This document shows, in pieces, positions 24,401-39,644 of a stretch of 64,000 bases of DNA. The position numbers and the translations under genes were made by a program. The DNA comes from Amphiscolops sp. MND2022 (lineage: Eukaryota). Each line of letters starts with the position of its first letter. Within the stretch, counting starts at the first letter, position 1. The notes below the pieces were generated by a model. That model did no database searches. It saw only the letters and a list, made by a program, of their open reading frames with translations, and was not told where the DNA came from. The stretch covers positions 71,550,001 through 71,614,000 of the forward strand of contig OZ076409.1 in NCBI GenBank assembly GCA_964187785.1, given 5' to 3'.

Positions 24401-27400
24401 AACTCGAGGAGATATAGCGTTTTTCCGGAGCGGGGGGGGTTTCATTTTTCTAACGGTCCAGCTTATCTTTGCCATTTTTTCGGAAATGCACTCGCCTAAA
24501 GGCCTCCCCTGGCCGGTTTTATTCCCAGCAAAACCATTTGGCCCTAAATACGGAGTTTCAGCGTTCCAGCATTCTCGGGCGAAAAGTTGTGGGACTTAGA
24601 AAATTTCAAAAATTTTCAAAAAAATTTTTTTCGTTATTTGGGCCCCCAAAGTGGGGGAAAAGACCCCCCAACCAGTAAAGCAAGTGAATGCATGTGGAAA
24701 GGCCATGTTTAGAGGAGAAAAATGCCGTTTAGAACGTCTTTTTATCTTGGCTCAACGTTGACTTATGACGTTTTGAAGGTGATGTTTGGAGGTGTAAAGC
24801 AAGTGAATAGTAAACGTTGTGAGTATTTATCTGATCTGAAAGCCATTGAGATGCAATATGATTGCTCAAAACGTAATTCATTGCAGTTTGGCAATCAATC
24901 AACACCCTTTGTTGTCGTTTGACATACTTTTTTGTTGTTAAAATAAAAAATTTTGTGTATTTATTCATTTTTTTCTCATCAAATAACTTGGAACAGTTGA
25001 GTACATTCCATCCCCCCCTTCCGGGGGAGATGAGAATGTACTCGCAAAAAGCACCGAACTACGGCCCTTACCTTCCCGAGCTACGCAGTATAAGGATTAC
25101 ATATTGGTTCCGACATTTTCATAGAGTTATATCTTGGTAATCTGTCTGGATATGCCGAAAAATCAGCACGTGCCTTTTAATACCAAGTTGCTCACAACGA
25201 CAATTATTTTATATCAACGCCCCCATATTTATCAACGCCCCCCGTCCGTGGGCATGCCGAGGCATGCCCTTCGACGACCCGCACCAAAATATGCGTTAGC
25301 GCGGTAGCCGCTAGGTGCCGGGATTTCTATTCGATAAAGTATGTGGCGCGCCTTGGGTAGGGTCCCTTGCGCGCTTTTGGGTATGGTGTTCACCAGCTAG
25401 GAAATAGGGGTCGATTTTTCGGGATCTCCTAAACTAGCCACACGATTTGGCTGAAATTTGGCACACGTACTCCCCTCGGCACGATGAAGATGATTTCCTA
25501 CTGACGTTTTTCCCGCAAAATTTTTTTTGTTGTCCAAAATAACGGTTTTTGGGGTAAAATTTTGAATTTTTTTTAAATTTTATCTTATATCTCGCCACCG
25601 GTTTACGCTAGCGCTTCAACACCTTGCTAAAGAAAGCTTGCAAACTGTCTCAGGAATGCGGTGTGAAATTTTCAGCTCAATCGGACTCAAACTCGGGGAG
25701 ATATAGCGTTTTTCCGGAGCGGGGGGGTTTCATTTTTCTAACGGTCCAGCTTATCTTTGCCATTTTTTCGAAAATGCACTCGCCTAAAGGCCTCCCCTGG
25801 CCGGTTTTATTCCCAGCAAAACCATTTGGCCCTAAATACGGATTTTCAGCGTTCCAGCATTCCCGGGCGAAAAGTTGTGGGACTTAGAAAATTTCAAAAA
25901 TTTTCAAAAAATTTTTTTTCCGTTATTTGGGCCCCCAAAGTGGGGGAAAAGACCCCCCAACCAGCAAAGCAAGTGAATGCATGTGCAAAGCCCTTGTTTA
26001 GAGGAGAAAAATGCCGTTTAGAACGTCTTTTTATCTTGGCTCAACGTTGACTTATGACGTTTTGAAGGTGATGTTTGGAGGTGTAAAGCACGTGAATAGT
26101 AAACGTTATGAGTATTTATCTGATCTGAAAGCCATTGAGATGCAATATGGTTTGCTCAAAACGTAATTCATGGCAGTTTGGCAATCAATCAACACCCTTT
26201 GTTGTCGTTTGACATACTTTTTTGTTGTTATAATAAAAAATTTTGTGTATTTATTCATTTTTTTCTCATCAAATAACTTGAAACAATTGAGTACATTCCA
26301 TCCCCCCTTTCCGGGGGAGATGAGAATGTACTCGCAAAAAGCACCGAACTACGGCCCTTACCTTCCCGAGCTACGCAGTATAAGGATTACATATTGGTTC
26401 CGACATTTTCATAGAGTTAAATCTTGGTAATCTGTCTGGATATGCAGAAAAATCAGCACGTGCCTTTTAATACCAAGTTGCTTACAACGACAATTATTTT
26501 ATATCAACGCCCCCATATTTATCAACGCCCCCCATCCGTGGGCATGCCGAGGCATGCCCTTCGACGACGTATACCAAGATATGCGTTAACGCGTTAGCCT
26601 AGGTGCCGGTGTTTTTCACGACAAAGAAAGTTGCGCGCTTTGGGTAGGGTCCCGGCGCGCTTTTGGGGTTCATTTTAACAACCTGATCTCCCGTTGCACG
26701 TATGTCCGATTTTCCAAACTATCCTACCAATTTTGCTGAAATTTTGCATGTGGGTCCCTATGGACATTCTAAGAACAAATCCCTACTGGCGTTTTGCCCG
26801 GAAAATTTTTTTTGTTGACTTATTGACAATTTTAGGTGCCGAAAATGACGTTTTTTCAAAAAAAAATTTTTTAAGAGCCCATATCTCGCTCTCAGGTGCC
26901 CGGAGCGGGTCGCATGTGGACGTTGATATTGCTAGGCACTTCGTAAGGAGTCTGTAGACAAATTTCGGTTCAGATTGGATGAAAATTGATTGAGTAATAG
27001 CCGCAAATTGGACGCATTTTGTCGAATTTTTTCGAAAACCCAGTCTATCTCTGCCGTTTTTTGCCCAGATTTTTTTCTAGACCCTCTCCTAAAGGCCTCC
27101 CCTGGCCGGATTACCTCCCAACAAAACCATTTGGCCCTAAATACGAAGTTTCAGCGTTCTAGCATTCTCGGGCGAAAAGTTGTGGGACTTAGAAAAATTT
27201 TTTTGAAAACGCAAAATGTGTAAAGTCAACTTCAGGCCTCCCAAAGTCAAGGAACTTCCACACAACTAGTATTGCAAGTGAATGCATGTGGAAAGTACTC
27301 GGATAGACGAGAAAAATGAGCTATTATAAATCTCTGTAGCTTAACCTGACGTTGACTTATGACAATTTTAGTGTGAGCTTGCTATGTGAGAAAAAAATTC

Positions 27401-30400
27401 AAAATTGAAAATCGAAGCTAAGTCTCATCCAAAACTCATCGGAACACGTTCAATCCATCCCAGAGCGGTTTAATTCCAGCTATATAATGCAGCAACACTA
27501 TTCAAGACCATTTGATCCACTTACATTAGTTTTGACACCGTATTATTCATCCGAGAGCACAAAACAGTTGAGTACATTCCATCTCCCTTTCGGGGGAGAT
27601 GAGAATGTACTCGCTAAAGTCCAGGTAATACAGCCCATATTTGTTTTTATGCGACGCTTTTATGGTTTGTATGCTAGTGCGTACACGTATTAATCTTTTA
27701 ACATATTTTTTGTCGTCTGCAGTTTGCTTTTGACTTGACATAAACTGAACGTTTTGTCCTTACAACATACACATTACTAACGTCAACGCCCCATCCTTGC
27801 ATCAACGCCCACCGTCCGTGGGCATGCCGAGGCATGCCCTTCGACGACGTATACCAAGATATACATAAGCGCGGTAGCCGCTAGGTGCCGGGATTTTCTA
27901 TTCGACAAGTTTGCGCGCCTTGGGGAGGGTCCCTTTGCGCGCTTTAAGATCCAGGTGTTTCCAACTCCTAAACGGGCATGTGATTTCGACGATCTCCTAA
28001 ACTAGCCATACGATTTGGCTGAAATTTGGCACACGTACCCCCCTCGGCACGGTGAAGATGATTCCCTACTGACGTTTTTTCCGCTAAACATTTTTTGTTG
28101 ACCAAAATAACGGTTTTTGGGGTAAAATTTTCAACTTTTTTTAAATTTCATCTTATATCTCGCCACGGGTTTACGCTAGCGCTTCCAAATCTTGCTGACG
28201 AAACCTTGCAAACTGTCTCAGGAATGCGGTGTGAAATTTTCAGCTCAATCGGACTCAAACTCGGGGAGATATAGCGTTTTTCCGGAGCGGGGGGGTTTCA
28301 TTTTTCTAACGGTCCAGCTTATCTTTGCCATTTTTTCGAAAATGCACTCGCCTAAAGGCCTCCCCTTGCCGGTTTTATTCCCAGCAAAACCATTTGGCCC
28401 TAAATACGGAGTTTCAGCGTTCCAGCATTCCCGGGCGAAAAGTTGTGGGACTTAGAATTTTTCAAAAATTTTCAAAAAAATTTTTTTCCGTTATTTGGGC
28501 CCCCAAAGTGGGGGAAAAGACCCCCCAACCAGTAAAGCAAGGGAATGCATGTGCAAAGCCCTTGTTTAGAGGAGAAAAATGCCGTTTAGAACGTCTTTTT
28601 ATCTTGGCTCAACGTTGACTTATGACGTTTTGAAGGTGGTGTTTGGAGGTGTAAAGCACGTGAATAGTAAACATTATGGGTATTTATCTGATCTAAAAGC
28701 CATTGAGATGCAATATGGTTTGCTCAAAACGTAATTCATTGCAGTTTGGCAATCAATCAACACCCTTTGTTGTCGTTTGACATACTTTTTTGTTGTTATA
28801 ATAAAAAAATTTGTGTATTTGTTCATTTTTTTCTCATCAAATAGCTTGAAACAGTTGAGTACATTCCATCCCCCCCTTCCGGGGGAGATGAGAATGTACT
28901 CGCAAAAAGCACCGGACTACGGCCCTTACCTTCCCGAGCTACGCAGTATAAGGATTACATATTGGTCCCGACATTTTCATAGAGTTAAATCTTGGTAATC
29001 TGTCTGGATATGCAGAAAAATCAGCACGTGCCTTTCAATACCAAGTTGCTTACAACGACAATTATTTTATATCAACGCCCCCATATTTATCAACGCCCCC
29101 CGTCTGTGGGCATGCCGAGGCATGCCCTTCGACGACGTATACCAAGATATACATAAGCGCGGTAGCCGCTAGGTGCCGGTGTCTTTTTACACAATGGGGG
29201 AAGTTGCGCGGTTGGGGAGGGTCCCTGACGCGCTTCCGTGAGATCAGGTTTTTCAACTAGTGAAATCGACAAAGAAAATTGAGATCTCGTAAACTAGCCA
29301 TACGATTTGGCTGAAATTTGGCACACGTACCCCCCTCGGCATGGTGAAGATGATTCCCTACTGACGTTTTTCCCGCTAAACATTTTTTGTTGACCAAAAT
29401 AACGGTTTTTGGGGTAAAATTTTCAACTTTTTTTAAATTTCATCTTATATCTCGCCACGAGTACACGCTAGCGCTTCCAAACCTTGCTGACGGAAGTTTG
29501 CAAACTGTCTCAGGAATGCGGTGTGAAATTTTCAGCTCAATCGGACTTAAACTCGGGGAGATATAGCGTTTTTCCGGAGCGGGGGGGTTTCATTTTTCTA
29601 ACGGTCCAGCTTATCTTTGCCATTTTTTCGAAAATGTACTCGCCTAAAGGCCTCCCCTGGCCGGTTTTATTCCCAGCAAAACCATTTGGCCCTAAATACG
29701 GAGTTTCAGCGTTCCAGCATTCCCGGGCAAAAAGTTGTGGGACTTAGAAAATTTCAAAAATTTTCAAAAAAAAATTTTTCCGTTATGTGGGCCCCCAAAG
29801 TGGGGGAAAAGACCCCCCAACCAGTAAAGCAAGTGAATGCATGTGCAAAGCCCTTGTCTGAACGAGAAAAATGCCGTTTAGAACGTCTTTTTATCTTGGC
29901 TCAACGTTGACTTATGACGTTTTGAAGGTGATGTTTGGAGGTGTAAAGCACGTGAATAGTAAACGTTATGAGTATTTATCTGATCTGAAAGCCATTGAGA
30001 TACAATATGGTTTGCTCAAAACGTATTTCATTGCAGTTTGGCAATCAATCAACACCCTTTGTTGTCGTTTGATATACTTTTTTGTTGTTATAATAAAAAA
30101 ATTTGTGTATTTATTCATTTTTTTCTCATCAAATAACTTGAAACAGTTGAGTACATTCCATCCCCCCCTTCCGGGGGAGATGAGAATGTACTCGCAAAAA
30201 GCACCGAACTACGGCCCTTACCTTCCCGAGCTACGCAGTATAAGGATTACATATTGGTTCCGACATTTTCATAGAGTTATATCTTGGTAATCTGTCTGGA
30301 TATGCCGAAAAATCAGCACGTGCCTTTTAATACCAAGTTGCTCACAACGACAATTATTTTATATCAACGCTCCCATATTTATCAACGCCCCCTGTCCGTG

Positions 30401-31755
30401 GGCATGCCGAGGCATGCCCTTCGACGACCCGCACCAAAATATGCGTTAGCGCGGTAGCTGCTAGGTGCCGGTGTCTTTTTACACAATGGGGGAAGTTGCG
30501 CGGTTGGGGAGGGTCCCTGACGCGCTTCCGTGAGATCAGGTTTTTCAACTAGTGAAATCGACAAAGAAAATTGAGATCTCGTAAACTAGCCATACGATTT
30601 GGCTGAAATTTGGCACACGTACCCCCCTCGGCACGGTGAAGATGATTCCCTACTGACGTTTTTCCCGCTAAACATTTTTTGTTGACCAAAATAACGGTTT
30701 TTGGGGTAAAATTTTCAACTTTTTTTAAATTTCATCTTATATCTCGCCACGGGTACACGCTAGCGCTTCCGAACCTTGCTGACGAAAGTTTGCAAACTGT
30801 CTCAGGAATGCTGTGTGAAATTTTCAGCTCAATCGGACTTAAACTCGAGGAGATATAGCGTTTTTCCGGAGCGGGGGGGTTTCATATTTCTAACGGTCCA
30901 GCTTATCTTTGCCATTTTTTCGAAAATGCACTCGCCTAAAGGCCTCCCCTGGCCGGTTTTATTCCCAGCAAAACCATTTGGCCCTAAATACGGAGTTTCA
31001 GCGTTCCAGCATTCCCGGGCGAAAAGTTGTGGGACTTAGAATTTTTCAAAAATTTTCAAAAAAATTTTTTTCCGTTATTTGGGCCCCCAAAGTGGGGGAA
31101 AGCACCCCCCAACCAGTAAAGCAAGTGAATGCATGTGGAAAGCCCTTGTTTAGAGGAGAAAAATGTCGTTTAGAACGTCTTTTTATCTTGGCTCAACGTT
31201 GACTTATGACGTTTTGAAGGTGATGTTTGGAGGTGTAAAGCACGTGAATAGTAAACGTTATGAGTATTTATCTGATCTGAAAGCCATTGAGATGCAATAT
31301 GGTTTGCTCAAAACGTAATTCATTGCAGTTTGGCAATCAATCAACACCCTTTGTTGTCGTTTGACATACTTTTTTGTTGTTATAATAAAAAATTTTGTGT
31401 ATTTATTCATTTTTTTCTCATCAAATAACTTGAAACAGTTGAGTACATTCCATCCCCCCTTCCGGGGGAGATGAGAATGTACTCGCAAAAAGCACCGAAC
31501 TACGGCCCTTACCTTCCCGAGCTACGCAGTATAAGGATTAGATATTGGTTCCGACATTTTCATAGAGTTAAATCTTGGTAATCTGTCTGGATATGCAGAA
31601 AAATCAGCACGTGCCTTTTAATACCAAGTTGCTTACAACGACAATTATTTTATATCAACGCCCCCATATTTATCAACGCCCCCCGTCCGTGGGCATGCCG
31701 AGGCATGCCCTTCGACGACGTATACCAAGATATACATAAGCGCGGTAGCCGCTAG
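21450..31755 (+). mobile_element. Eight tandem family C units (~1.29 kb; starts 21450, 22736, 24024, 25315, 26603, 27885, 29173, 30465)
   Basis: Colinear copies starting GTGCCGG; the unit at 26603-27884 is clearly more divergent. Confidence 0.9.
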
Positions 31756-34700
31756 GTGCGGGGGGGAAACCCCAACAAAATTTTTGGAGGATTCGGGTAG
31801 GGTCCTGAATCCGAGTTCAGTGCTGCCAGCTTTCGTTAAGAAAATTTGGATAGGATTCGGGATCTCGTGATCTAACCATAGGATTTTAAAGTTGGAGCGG
31901 CCCCCACCAGATTTTCCGAAAATTAGCGCCCCCCACCGGGTTCCATACCCCGGAAAATTTTTTTCTGGCCACACGGGCGACCGTTAGGGGGTCATTTTAG
32001 GGGTAAAATTCATATTGGGCCACATAACTTTTTTTCTGTTGATTTAAAACTTTGGGACCCTGCTAAAAGTTTCTTGACCGTGTTGCAGGGGCCCCGGAGG
32101 TCCAAACCAAATTTTTCTATCTTGAAGCTATCTCCAAGTACCCCCCCGCTCAAACCGTTATTTTTCCGGAAACGCAGGTTTTTGACCCGGAAGGAGTCGT
32201 CTGAGCGCGGGGTCGTTAGGTGATGTATTGGGGACGGCCTTGAGACGAAGTGGGGGACAAGTAGTTTGCTAACCTCAGTTTACCCCCCGGACGGGAAATG
32301 ACCGTTATATGAGCGGGAAAAATGCCCCCCTCCACGTTTTACCGCTATTTCCGGTGTGAAGGAGTGGGAAAAGCGCGTCGGGTGTTATATAACAAAAGTA
32401 GGTTTAGACAAGGACCTATCGGAAACATGTAGTTTGGGATCCCCTGGACCAACCCGTTAGCGGGAAATGGGGCTTCCGCCTCCTTTTTTTACTGCTAAAA
32501 CCGTAAAATGGGCATTGAGGGGTAAATATCTCGTGAACGCGTGGAGCAATCGTGTCCATCACTACTACAAGGTTTCATACCCATGATATGGTGCCTTCAG
32601 GGGGGCAAACAGATTTCCGCTATCTGTCACCGTTACGGACTTGGCCCCCCAGCCTAACCGCTATGTGACCGGAAATGTCATATTTTGAGCCCAAAGGGTC
32701 GGTCTCAGCCAGGGAACGTTAGGTAACTTATTGTAGTACTCATTGAGACGAGTTGGGGGACATAGTTTCAGTCACCCCCCGTTACCCCTTAGGACCGGAA
32801 ATGACCGTTATGTGAGTAAAATTGCAATTTTTATACTTTTTCAAGTGTATTTAGGTGCGGAAGGAGTGGTAATAGGTGCTTGGACACTATATGAGGTAAG
32901 GGAGGACGTGAGGCGAGCATTCGGAAATAACCGTTATATTGACCCTAAAGTCCCCCTGGTACCGTAAACGACCGGAAATGGTCAAATTTTGTGTCTATTG
33001 GGTACAAATGTTTAGTATTTTGTAGATAAAAGTATCTATTAGGTGTTTCGACGGTCTGCAATAGTGAACATAGTCATGAAACCTTGTGGGGGGTAACGGG
33101 GTATATAGCACCGGAAGTCCAAACCGTTGGACACAGGATAGGTTTTTGGTTTGAAAATGTCTTTCGGCGTACTTTTGTCGACTATTATGGACTATTATTA
33201 AAAATTAAAGTTTTTCCATATAGTTTCAGAGACTCCGAAACCTCAACCAACATAACCGTTACATTTTGATAGCCTTTCAAGTTGGCCTGGTGTCAACTTG
33301 GAAGCGCTATCCTTCTGAAATCGTTAATCAAGAGTGTTTTTGGGTAGGTATATATTGCATTAGTACCAATTAGAGCTTCATCAACAGTGTATCAACGACA
33401 AAAACTATGCCGTCATGATTCCGTTATTAGAATCATAGTGAGCAAATTGTTGAAAAAAATGGTTTTTTCCATACAAAATGTGTCCTAAATGCCAGGAAAC
33501 CTATTTACCTAACAAATGGTATTAATTGGAATGTATGTAACCTATTTATAAAAGTTCAAATTGATTATTACGTTTCATTATGGAAACTGAAACGTCATAT
33601 TTTAGTTTAATTAACGTCAACGCCACACACTTTATATCAACGCCCACCGTCTGTGGGCATGCCGAGGCATGCCCTTCGACGACGTATACCAAATACATAC
33701 CCAAACGACGCCCGTACATGCCGGGCTAGGTGCGGGGGGGAAACCCCATCCCTTATCTTGGAGGATTCGGGTAGGGTCCTGAATCCGAGTTCAGTGCCGC
33801 CAGCTCTCAGTAGAAATCTGGGAAATTTTTTGCGATCTCGTGATCTAACCATAGGATTTTAAAGTTGGAGCGGCCCCCACCAGATTTTCCAAAGTTATTC
33901 GCCCCCCACCGGGTTCCAGCGTGATTGAAATATTTTGTCGGGGTACACGGGCGACCGTTAGGGGTCATTTTAGGGGTAAAATTTATATCCGGTCGCATAA
34001 CTTTTTTCCTGTTGGTTTAAAACTTTGGGACCCTGCTAAAAGTTTCTTGACCGTGTTGCGGTGGCTCCGGAGGTCCAAACCAAATTTTTCTATCTTGAAG
34101 CTATCTCCAAGTACCCCCCCGCCCAAACCGTTATTTTTCCGGAAACGCCGGTTTTTGACCCGGAAGGAGTCGTCTGAGCGCGGGGTCGTTAGGTGATGTT
34201 TTGGGGACGGCCTCGAGACGAAGCGGGGGATATATAGTTTGCCGACCCCAGTTTACCCCCCGCACGGGAAATGACCGTTATATGAGCGGGAAAAATGCCC
34301 CCCTCCACGTTTTACCGCTATTTCCGGTGTGAAGGAGTGGGAGTAGCGCGTCGGGTGTTATATAACAAAAGTAGGTTTAGACAAGGACCTATCGGAAACA
34401 TGTAGTTTGGGACCCCCTGGACCAACCCGTTAGCGGGAAATGGGGCTTCCGCCTCCTTTTTTTACTGCTAAAACCGTAAAATGGGCATTGAGGGGTAAAT
34501 ATCTCGTGAACGCGTGGAGCAATCGTGTCCATCACTACTACAAGGTTTCATACCCATGATATGGTGCCTTCAGGGGGGCAAACAGATTTCCGCTATCTAT
34601 CACCGTTACCGACTTGGCCCCCCAGCCTAACCGCTATGTGACCGGAATTGTCACTTTTTGAGCCCAAAGGGTCGGTCCCAGCCGGGGAACGTTAGGTAAC

Positions 34701-37700
34701 TTATTGTAGTACTCAATGAGACGAGTTGGGGGATATAGTTTCAGTCACCCCCCGTTACCCCTTGGGACCGGAAATGACCGTTATGTGGGTAAAATTGCAA
34801 TTTTTATACTTTTAAGTGTATTTAGGTGCGGAAGGAGTGGTAATAGGTGCTTGGACACTATATGAGGTAAGGGAGGACGTGAGGCGAGCATTCGGAAATA
34901 ACCGTTATATTGACCCTAAAGTCCCCCTGGTACCGTAAACGACCGGAAATGGTCAAATTTTGTGTCTATTGGGTACAAATGTTTAGTATTTTGTAGATAA
35001 AAGTATCTATTAGGTGTTTCGACGGTCTGCAATAGTGAACATAGTCATGAAACCTTGTGGGGGGTAACGGGGTATATAGCACCGGAAGTCCAAACCGTTG
35101 GACACAGGATAGGTTTTTGGTTTGAAAATGTCTTTCGGCGTACTTTTGTCGACTATTATGGACTATTATTAAAAATTAAAGTTTTTCCATATAGTTTCAG
35201 AGACTCCGAAACCTCAACCAACATAACCGTTACATTTTGATAGCCTTTCAAGTTGGCCTGGTGTCAACTTGGAAGCGCTATCCTTCTGAAATCGTTAATC
35301 AAGAGTGTTTTTGGGTAGGTATATATTGCATTAGTACCAATTAGAGCTTCATCAATAGTGTATCAACGACAAAAACTATGCCGTCATGATTCCGTTATTA
35401 GAATCATAGTGAGCAAATTGTTGAAAAAAATGGTTTTTTCCATACAAAATGTGTCCTAAATGCCAGGAAACCTATTTACCTAACAAATGGTATTAATTGG
35501 AATGTATGTAACAGATTTATAAAAGTTCAAATTGAATATTACATTTCATTATGGAAGCTGAAACGTCATATTTTAGTTTAATTAACGTCAACGCCACACA
35601 CTTTACATCAACGCACACCGTCTGTGGGCATGCCGAGGCATGCCCTTCGACGACGTATGACAAATCCATATCAAACGACGCCCGTACATCCCGGGCTAGG
35701 TGCGGGGGGGAAACCCCAACAAAATTTTTGGAGGATTCGGGTAGGGTCCTGAATCCGAGTTCAGTGCTGCCAGCTTTCGTTAAGAAAATTTGGATAGGAT
35801 TCGGGATCTCGTGATCTAACCATAGGATTTTAAAGTTGGAGCGGCCCCCACCAGATTTTCCGAAAATTAGCGCCCCCCACCGGGTTCCAGCGTGATTGAA
35901 ATATTTTGACGGGGTACACGGGCGACCGTTAGGGGTCATTTTGGGGGTAAAATTTATATCCGGTCGCATAACTTTTTTCCTGTTGGTTTAAAACTTTGGG
36001 ACCCTGCTAAAAGTTTCTTGACCTTGTTGCAGTGGCTCCGGAGGTCCAAACCAAATTTTTCTATCTTGAAGCTATCTCCAAGTACCCCCCCGCCCAAACC
36101 GTTATTTTTCCGGAAACGCAGGTTTTTGACCCGGAAGGAGTCGTCTGAGCGCGGGGTCGTTAGGTGATGTATTGGGGACGGCCTTGAGACGAAGTGGGGG
36201 ACATGCAGTTTGCCAACCCCAGTTTACCCCCCGGACGGGAAATGAACGTTATATGAGCGGGAAAAATGCCCCCCTCCACGTTTTACCGCTATTTCCGGTG
36301 TGAAGGAGTGGGAGTAGCGCGTCGGGTGCCATATATCAAAAGTAGGTTTAAACAAGGACCTATCGGAAACATGTGGTTTGGGACCCCCTGGACCAACCCG
36401 TTAGCGGGAAATGGGGCTTCCGGCTCCTTTTTTTACGGTTAAAAACGGAAAATGGGCATTGAGGGGTAAATATCCCGTGAACGCGTGGAGCTACGGTGTC
36501 CTTCACTACTACAAGGTTTCATACCCATGATATGGTGCCTTCAGGGGGGCAAACAGATTTCCGCTATCTATCACCGTTACGGACTTGGCCCCCCAGCCTA
36601 ACCGCTATGTGACCGGAAATGTCACTTTTTGAGCCCAAAGGGTCGGTCTCAGCCAGGGAACGTTAGGTAACTTATTGTAGTACTCATTGAGACGAGTTGG
36701 GGGACATAGTTTCAGTCACCCCCCGTTACCCCTTAGGACCGGAAATGACCGTTATGTGGGTAAATTTGCTTTTTTTGTACTTTTTGGAGGGCATTTAGAT
36801 GCGGAAGGAGTGGTAATAGGTGCTTGGACACTATATGATGATAGGGAGGACGTGAGGCGAGCTTTCGGAATTAACAGTTATGCTGACCCTAAAGTCCCCC
36901 TGGTACCGGAAGTGACCCGTAATGGTCAAATTTTGTGTTTAAAGGGTACAAATGTTTGGTGTTTTTTGGATAACAGTACCTATTAGGTGTTTCGACGGTC
37001 TGCAGTCGTGAACATAGTCATGAAACCTTGTGGGGGGTAACGGTATATAGCACCGGAAGTCCAAACCGTTGGAGACAGGATAAGTTTTTTGGTTTTAAAA
37101 TGTCTTTCGGCCTACTTTTGTTGACTATTATGGACTATTTTTGAAAAATAAATTTTTTCCAAATAGTTTCAGAGACTCCGAAACCTCAACCAACATAACC
37201 GTTACCTTATGATAGCCTTTCAAGTTGGCCTGGTGTCAACTTGGAAGGGCTATCCTTCAAAAATCATTAATCAAGTGTGTTTTTGAGTATGTTTGTATTA
37301 CTTTAGAATCAATTAGAGCTTCAAGAAAAATTTGCCAACGATAAAAACTATGTCGTGATGATTCCGTTATTAGAATAATAGTTAACAAAAAATTGATAAA
37401 GTTGATTTTTTACACTTTAAATGTGTTCTAAATGCCAGAAAACCTCTTTACCAAACAAATGGAATTGATTGAATTGTATATAACAGCTAATAAAACTTCA
37501 AATTGAATATTAGGTTTCATTATGGAAGCTGAAATGTCATATTATAGTTTCAATAATGTCAACGCCACATACTTTACATCAACGCCCACCGTCTGTGGGC
37601 ATGCCGAGGCATGCCCTTCGACGACGTATACCAAATTCCTCCAACACAACACCCCCGAGCGCGTTAGCAGCTAGGTGCGGGGGGGTAACCCCTACAAAGA

Positions 37701-39644
37701 TATTGGAGGATTCGGGTAGGGTCCTGAATCCGATTTTAACTCTAATAGCTATCGATAGGAAATCTTGCAAAAATTTCGGGATCTCGTGATCTAACCATAG
37801 GATTTTAAAGTTGGAGCGGCCCCCACCAGATTTTCCAAAGTTATTCGCCCCCCACCGGGTTCCAGCGTGATTGAAATATTTTGACGGGGTACACGGGCGA
37901 CCGTTAGGGGTCATTTTGGGGGTAAAATTTATATCCGGTCGCATAACTTTTTTCCTGTTGGTTTAAAACTTTGGGACCCTGCTAAAAGTTTCTTGACCGT
38001 GTTGCAGTGGCTCCGGAGGTCCAAACCAAATTTTTCTATCTTGAAGCTATCTCCAAGTACCCCCCCGCCCAAACCGTTATTTTTCCGGAAACGCAGGTTT
38101 TTGACCCGGAAGGAGTCGTCTGAGCGCGGGGTCGTTAGGTGATGTATTGGGGACGGCCTTGAGACGAAGCGGGGGACATGTAGTTTGCCGACCCCTGTTT
38201 ACCCCCCGGACGGGAAATGACCGTTATTTGAGCGGGAAAAATGCCCCCCTCCACGTTTTACCGCTATTTCCGGTGTGAAGGAGTAGGCGTAGCGCGTCGG
38301 GTGTTATATAACAAAAGTAGGTTTAGACAAGGACCTATCGGAAACATGTAGTTTGGGACCCCCTGGACCAACCCGTTAGCGGGAAATGGGGCTTCCGCCT
38401 CCTTTTTTTACTGCTAAAACCGTAAAATGGGCATTGAGGTGTAAATATCTCGTGAACGCGTGGAGCTACGGTGTCCATCACTACTACAAGGTTTCATACC
38501 CATGATATGGTGCCTTCAGGGGGCAAACAGATTTCCGCTATCTATCACCGTTACCGACTTGGCCCCCCAGCCTAACCGCTATGTGACCGGAAATGTCAAT
38601 TTTTGAGCCCAAAAGGTCGGTCCCAGCCGGGGAACGTTAGGTAACTTATTGTAGTACTCAATGAGACGAGTTGGGGGATATAGTTTCAGTCACCCCCCGT
38701 TACCCCTTGAGACCGGAAATGACCGTTATGTGGGTAAAATTGCTATTTTTATACTTTTTCAAGTGTATTTAGGTGCGGAAGGAGTGGTAATAGGTGCTTG
38801 GACACTATATGAGGTAAGGGAGGATATGAGGCGAGCATTCGGAAATAACCGTTATGTTGACCCCAAAGTCCCCCTGGTACCGTAAACGACCGGAAATGGT
38901 CAAATTTTGTGTTTAAAGGGTACAAATGTTTGGTGTTTTATGGATAACAGTGCCTATTAGGTGTTTCGACGGTCTGCAGTAGTGAACATAGTCATGAAAC
39001 CTTGTGGGGGGTAACGGTATATAGCACCGGAAGTCCAAACCGTTGGAGACAGGATAGGTTTTTTGGTTTTAAAATGTCTTTCGGCGTACTTTTGTCGACT
39101 ATTAAGGACTACTTTTAAAAATTAAAGTTTTTCCATATAGTTTTAGAGACTCCGAAACCTCAACCAACATAACCGTTACCTCATGATAGCCTTTCAAGTT
39201 GGCCTGGTGTCAACTTGGAAGGGCTATCCTTCAAAAATCGTCAATCAAGTGTGTTTTTGGGTATGTTTGTATCATTTTAGAATCAAATAGAGCTTCAAGA
39301 AAAGTTTGTCAACGACAAAAACTATGTCGTGATGATTCCGTTATTAGAATAATAGTTAGCAAATTGTTGAGAAAATTGATTTCTTCCATATAAAATGTGT
39401 CCTAATTGCCAGGAAACCTATTTAACTAACAAATGGTATTGATTGGAATGTATGTAACAGAGTTATAAAAGCTCAAATTGATTATTACGTTTCATTATGG
39501 AAGCTGAAACGTAATATTTTAGTTTAATTAACGTCAACGCCACACACTTTACATCAACGCCCACCGTCTGTGGGCATGCCGAGGCATGCCCTTCGACGAC
39601 GTATGGCAAATCCCTTCTAACGACGCCCGTACATCCCGGGCTAG
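31756..39644 (+). mobile_element. Four tandem family B units (starts 31756, 33730, 35700, 37675)
   Basis: Same sequence family as 11586-21449. Confidence 0.9.
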
